Assembly: GCA_045837725.1 (NCBI GenBank)
Contig: JBEWZL010000119.1
Coordinates: 124,001 to 188,000, forward strand
DNA length: 64,000 nucleotides
Direction: 5' to 3'
DNA from: Vermamoeba vermiformis
Taxonomy: Eukaryota
Under the pieces are notes generated by a model. It was not told the origin of the DNA. It worked only from the letters and a program-made list of their open reading frames with translations, and ran no database searches. Position numbers and translations under genes: made by a program. This document shows, piece after piece, positions 54,810 to 64,000 of the stretch; the stretch's first letter is position 1; every line of letters starts with the position of its first letter.

Positions 54810-54944
54810 ATGGGAAGCTCTCCAAGCAAGCAACCTCAGTTCGTTAGCACCACCCGCCAATTCTTTTCAAACGATGACGACCTTATGAAGGAGTCCCCCC
54901 AAATTGTACCTGCCACTATAGCTCCCCGTGCCTTCTCACCTTGA
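54810..54944 (+). CDS. Candidate 44-aa microprotein with N-myristoylation motif
   Basis: MGSSPSKQPQFVSTTRQFFSNDDDLMKESPQIVPATIAPRAFSP*; start context CTTCAAGATGG; AATAAA near 55008; lies directly after module copy 1. Confidence 0.6.
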   Translation: MGSSPSKQPQFVSTTRQFFSNDDDLMKESPQIVPATIAPRAFSP

Positions 54945-55186
54945 GTCAGATGAACATTAGTAGATACTAGTATAAGGCTTGACTCCAATTTTGTAATTGT
55001 ACTCTCAAATAAAAGGACTTTGCACGAGTACATTCGCGAAACTACTTTGTAACGGGACCGATCAAAATATTCAAACTCGCTTATTTTGCATTCCGTAGCG
55101 TTCTCAAGAAGTACATAGTGCTTAGGTTGTGCATTTTGTCCATACACTCTATAACGTTATACAAATGGACAGTTTGTACGACAAAT

Positions 55187-55540
55187 TTTATGCTTTGGAA
55201 TGGAACGGATCTCTGGTTATAGAAGTGTCGCACAGTGGCTGGGTGTATCGCAAGCAACTCAACGACGAACGGAAAAAAAGAGAGAGTACATCTGGATGGA
55301 AACAATGTACTTTTTTAGGTCGGACAATTTGCGTCACGACTCTAGTACAAACTTGCCCAGGAGGATTTTAGACCTTAACCACCAAGTTGTTCTCATTGCG
55401 CGCTTTATTTTGAAATTTAACTATTAGATTAAGAATAAATACTGTGAAACTATTGGTTGACTATTTTTAGAATGGGGCCAATCAGTCCGCTTTCTGCTGC
55501 AGACACTTTTGGGTACAAAAAAATTCAATTTCAATCAAGC
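55187..55540 (+). repeat. Copy 2 of the duplicated promoter-like module
   Basis: Same blocks in the same order, with about 100 nt inserted between the first two blocks. Confidence 0.85.
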
Positions 55541-55647
55541 TCACTCCGCATCACCACTGCCACTGCTATTTGTTAGGCCAGGGTTGCAGTAACCCTTCTT
55601 CGTAAATTCCAAATTCCGTTTTCGAAATCTTTTTGCTTCGTAGCACA

Positions 55648-58600
55648 ATGGACTTACTTCCAGAAGAGTGTCTAGATAATATTGTATCCTACGTAGACGT
55701 TGTCAGCTTGACACGGTTGGGTCTGTCATCGAAGCGCCTCAGATCGTAAGTGGATTTTGTTTAAGTCTCCAAACAAATTCTATTATTTGTTATTGTTGTT
55801 ATAAAATAAATCTATATAAGAAAGAATTCCAAAGAAGTCAAGGCAAAGCTTATAACTATTATTTCAATTAATTAATTAATTCAATGCAGATCTTGCTTCT
55901 CCCCTCGCTATTGGACCCAAGTTGATTTTTCAACCAGTCATAACAATAATTTTACATCTGAATCGATTAAAAAGCTATCGAGCTTCGCTACGGAGCTGAA
56001 GATTCTCAATATTGAAAATTGCTCGAATGTCAATTTGGAGTCACTCGTCCCATTCGGTTTGTCATTGCTACAGAAAGATGTTCATTAATACCTTATTAAT
56101 TACTTGTACTTTATAGTGTTTGAATTCAAGAACTTGGAACTGATAAAACACGATGGACAACATCGACTGCTGGATGAGACTGTTGCGATCAACAGAATGC
56201 TCAACAATGCTGATAAATTGATCGAAATGTACAGCGAGGATAAAGATCATTCAAATGAAGATCATAGAAGCAAATTTGATAATGCAGGTACGAAACCGTT
56301 CTTGGCTCGATCTCGAAAATCTATTTCTTAGCTTGAATTTAAATAGTTCGACAAGCACGTGCTCTGCTATGGGATGCGTTATTTATTGTGGTGGCCAATA
56401 AGCGAGGCTCATCTCTTCCTAAAGAGGCCTATTTCCAAAGTAAGCTACCGTAGTGCAACCACACTTTTGAGCGATTGAAACAAGACTCACCGTTCTATTA
56501 CTCATAATAGACATTCATCATCCTCAAGAGACTCTCAATCTCGTAATGAAAAAGTTACGGGAGACTGAAAAATTGTTACAGCAGCCTTTGAAATTGTGGC
56601 ACAACACCCTCACGTAAGCATGGCAAAATCTAAATTTGACGAAAAGCTATTTTAATAATTTTATTCTTTTGTTAGGTGGAAAACTGCAATTGAATGTGCG
56701 ACATTCGTGAAAGAACCTCGCACTCAAAAAATCTACCTCGCGTGCGGAGTTTCCGGAGAGATTGTGTTGTGGGACTTGGACACACGAACAGTGTTCAAAG
56801 TGTTCAATTATATTGACTCGTTGGACCAAGCTACTGCTAAGAACGCCAAGAGAGTGCGAGATTTCATTGATGTGTGCATGTTCACGCACATGGATCACGT
56901 GATGATCTTGGGCGGTACTTCACGCGGCGCAGTGTGTTGGGACTTTGACACGAAGCAAATCATATACGAGATAAGCCTGCCATATGAAGAGGACAGTGAC
57001 AGTGGCTATGTAAGCAGACATTGTAAGTTTTAGATCACTACTGGATGATGCAGGCGTGATCTAACGTTGCGTCAGATGCCTACAGTTGGGCGATTACAAA
57101 CAATCAAGAAGGGTTTATAGAAGTTTACGACGCGGCGTTTCTATTTAACCTCGGCACTGGCGAGTTAGGCCAGCTAATGCGAAAGCCCGAGAGATTCGAT
57201 GGCGGAAACAGACAGTCTGTCTACTCGACTAAGAACAGTGGCTCGGTATTGACCGCTTGGAAAGAAAACGCAGACAATCTTATTGTGGACATTACCGACC
57301 TTTTGACAAAGCAGCAGACACAAATTTTGAAACTAGTTCCTTCCTCGCACGAAGCGAACAACGGTGAAAAAACTGTAGACTGGTACAACGGCCAATTGAT
57401 TGCTATTCAAGCTAGACGTGGCATCGAAATCTACAAGAATAACTCGGATAAAGGTACGTAATCTGTCTATATAATAAATATTATAATATCTTACGCTTTG
57501 CTAGATCACCAGTACGAACTTCACTCGATTATTGAGCGACCAAACCATGCAACACAATTGAAATTTCTATCGGACAAGCTGTTACTTGTAGACTACGACG
57601 TTATCAATATTGACACTGGTAAGTCCGATGACACTTCTGTCCCCTGTTTAACTCGCATCCTATTGCATAGGAGCAACTGAGATTCAGTTAGAGAGCGGGC
57701 CCAGAGGCAGCCACGTGATTTACAGTCCCGAGCTTGACATTCTCGTTCACGCTCATCACATTGGAGTGGCGGCAATCTACGACTTTAAGACGAAACAAAA
57801 AATAGGACCCGATCCTTGTGGTACGTACAAGAGACCTTCCTTGACCGTGTCGTACTAACTTCAATTTAGTTATGCCTTTGTGCGCGATGTCAAAGCTGGA
57901 CAACGAGACAGTTTTGCTGCACGGCAATTACAGCACTCTTGCCTCTTTTGTTAATTACCACGGGCGTAACTATGCTAAGCGTATGTTTACTAGTCTACTA
58001 ATAGACACGTATATTGACACACGAGTAGTCTCCCTTAAAGATTGCAAAGTCCTTGAAACTGTTGAAACGCCCTTGCAAGTGTTGGACGTGTCATCTGACG
58101 GCAAATACGCGCTGGCACAGGACAAGAATTACCCTTGGAAAGACAGACACAACGTTACTTTTGTCGTGGTTGAGTTAGACACGAAACAAGTGCTCTTCCA
58201 GCGCAAATTCTTGGAAGATTTTAAGACTGCTACATGGAGCATTAGCGCTGTTGGTCAGTTTATGCCACGACACCCTGATCAAGTCTTGTTATCACACCCA
58301 CAATGTTCGTACAATCAAATAGCAATACGTCATTATGGCTCTAACTTTCCATCTTATAGGCGGCTTTCAAATCTTCGACATTAAGAGCGGGAAACTTGTG
58401 CATGATTATTCGACCAATCCGGAGTACGGAGGCGTGGGAGACCACATCAAAATTAGCTTAGACGAAAGATTCGTAGCGTTCAAGTCAGTCAAATCCAATT
58501 TGGGCTGCAACGTGGTCGTTGATTTGATCGAAAAGAAGGCCTACGATCTCAATGGCCACTCAAATTCCTCCGACGCCATTGCATTCAATCCCACGAACTC

Positions 58601-59236
58601 GAACCAAGTCCTGACAGCTGGCTGTGGCATCAGTGTTTTCAACTTGCCTAACACCAAAAGAGAATTTTTCCTGACCAGATATCTTGATGGCTTAGTTGAA
58701 ACAATTCGAGAGTCCGAAGAGGTACCCGTCAATTAATTCAAACGAACAGATCTGCCCAAAAAAATTCTTTAACTTAATACCCGCTCTAAACGCGAATTTA
58801 TTAACTATTGTATACGTTTTAACTGTATTATCGTAGGTCGTTTGCTTAAGATTTTCACCGGACGGAAAATATTTGGCTGCTATAGACCCCCCTTCGCGAG
58901 GTCCTTGGGGCCTTGAGATTGTAAGTACAAAGACTAATGTTATATATTTCTATTGTACCCGGGACCCACTACGATAGATATCAATAGCACCGTAATTAAC
59001 GTTATACATTCTGGTAGGCAAACACGCTGATACGCGTGTACGAAACAACAAATTTCACGCAAGTGTCATCATTTGATACCGGAGGTCACGCACGAGCACT
59101 CTACTGGCTCGACAATGAGCGCGCAGTCGTTGGCATGATCAATGGGGAACTGCTGACATTGCAACTTGTGGTGAAAGAGTACAACAAGTTGTTCGAGTAC
59201 ATTGTACCCTCGCATCGTGCAAAACCTGACGAATAA
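55648..59236 (+). CDS. F-box protein with WD40-like repeats
   Basis: MDLLPEECLDNIVSYVD F-box; IVLWD, VCWD, GHSNSSDAIAFNP and LRFSPDGKYLA WD-like repeats; many introns. Confidence 0.82.
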
Positions 59237-59296
59237 ACGATTGTGATTGTAGTCCGCACGCTTAAAATTTGTTGTCTGTTAATGAATCTAGTTTTT

Positions 59297-64000
<4,704 letters not shown>

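Noticed and set aside
57923..58003. Possible GC-AG intron in the F-box/WD40 gene
   Set aside because: An in-frame GT donor (GTAACT) is available and the region also reads through, so it cannot be supported

Overview
Gene-dense, AT-rich eukaryotic nuclear DNA with many short GT-AG introns (frequent GTAAG/GTACG donors). The gene content suggests a free-living protist, probably an amoebozoan (inference only). I can assemble about 22 spliced or intronless protein genes: CYP450, two BTB proteins, a bacterial-looking beta-propeller-like protein, a SWIM protein, an intronless DUF6010-like gene, a Kelch-RhoGEF, a Clu-LRR protein, an F-box/LRR protein, TMEM223-like, SETD9-like, a GPI-Kelch protein, ELP2, a long-chain acyl-CoA synthetase, a tandem RCC1-BTB pair, a Kelch/Ig receptor kinase, two secreted proteins, a DUF676 hydrolase, an Egt2/LCD-like PLP lyase, an F-box/WD40 protein and a mitochondrial-type IleRS. 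Most notable: (i) a complete 5S rRNA gene inside an IleRS intron; (ii) a duplicated cis-regulatory module (inverted CCAAT pair around a MEF2-type site) preceding a candidate 44-aa N-myristoylated microprotein and the F-box/WD40 gene; (iii) a recurrent intronic palindrome TGACACGTGTCA; (iv) gene-conversion-like tracts in the RCC1-BTB pair; (v) candidate bacterial gene transfers. Exon structures were inferred by eye and family assignments come from recalled motifs, not database searches. A few frameshifts may be assembly errors.
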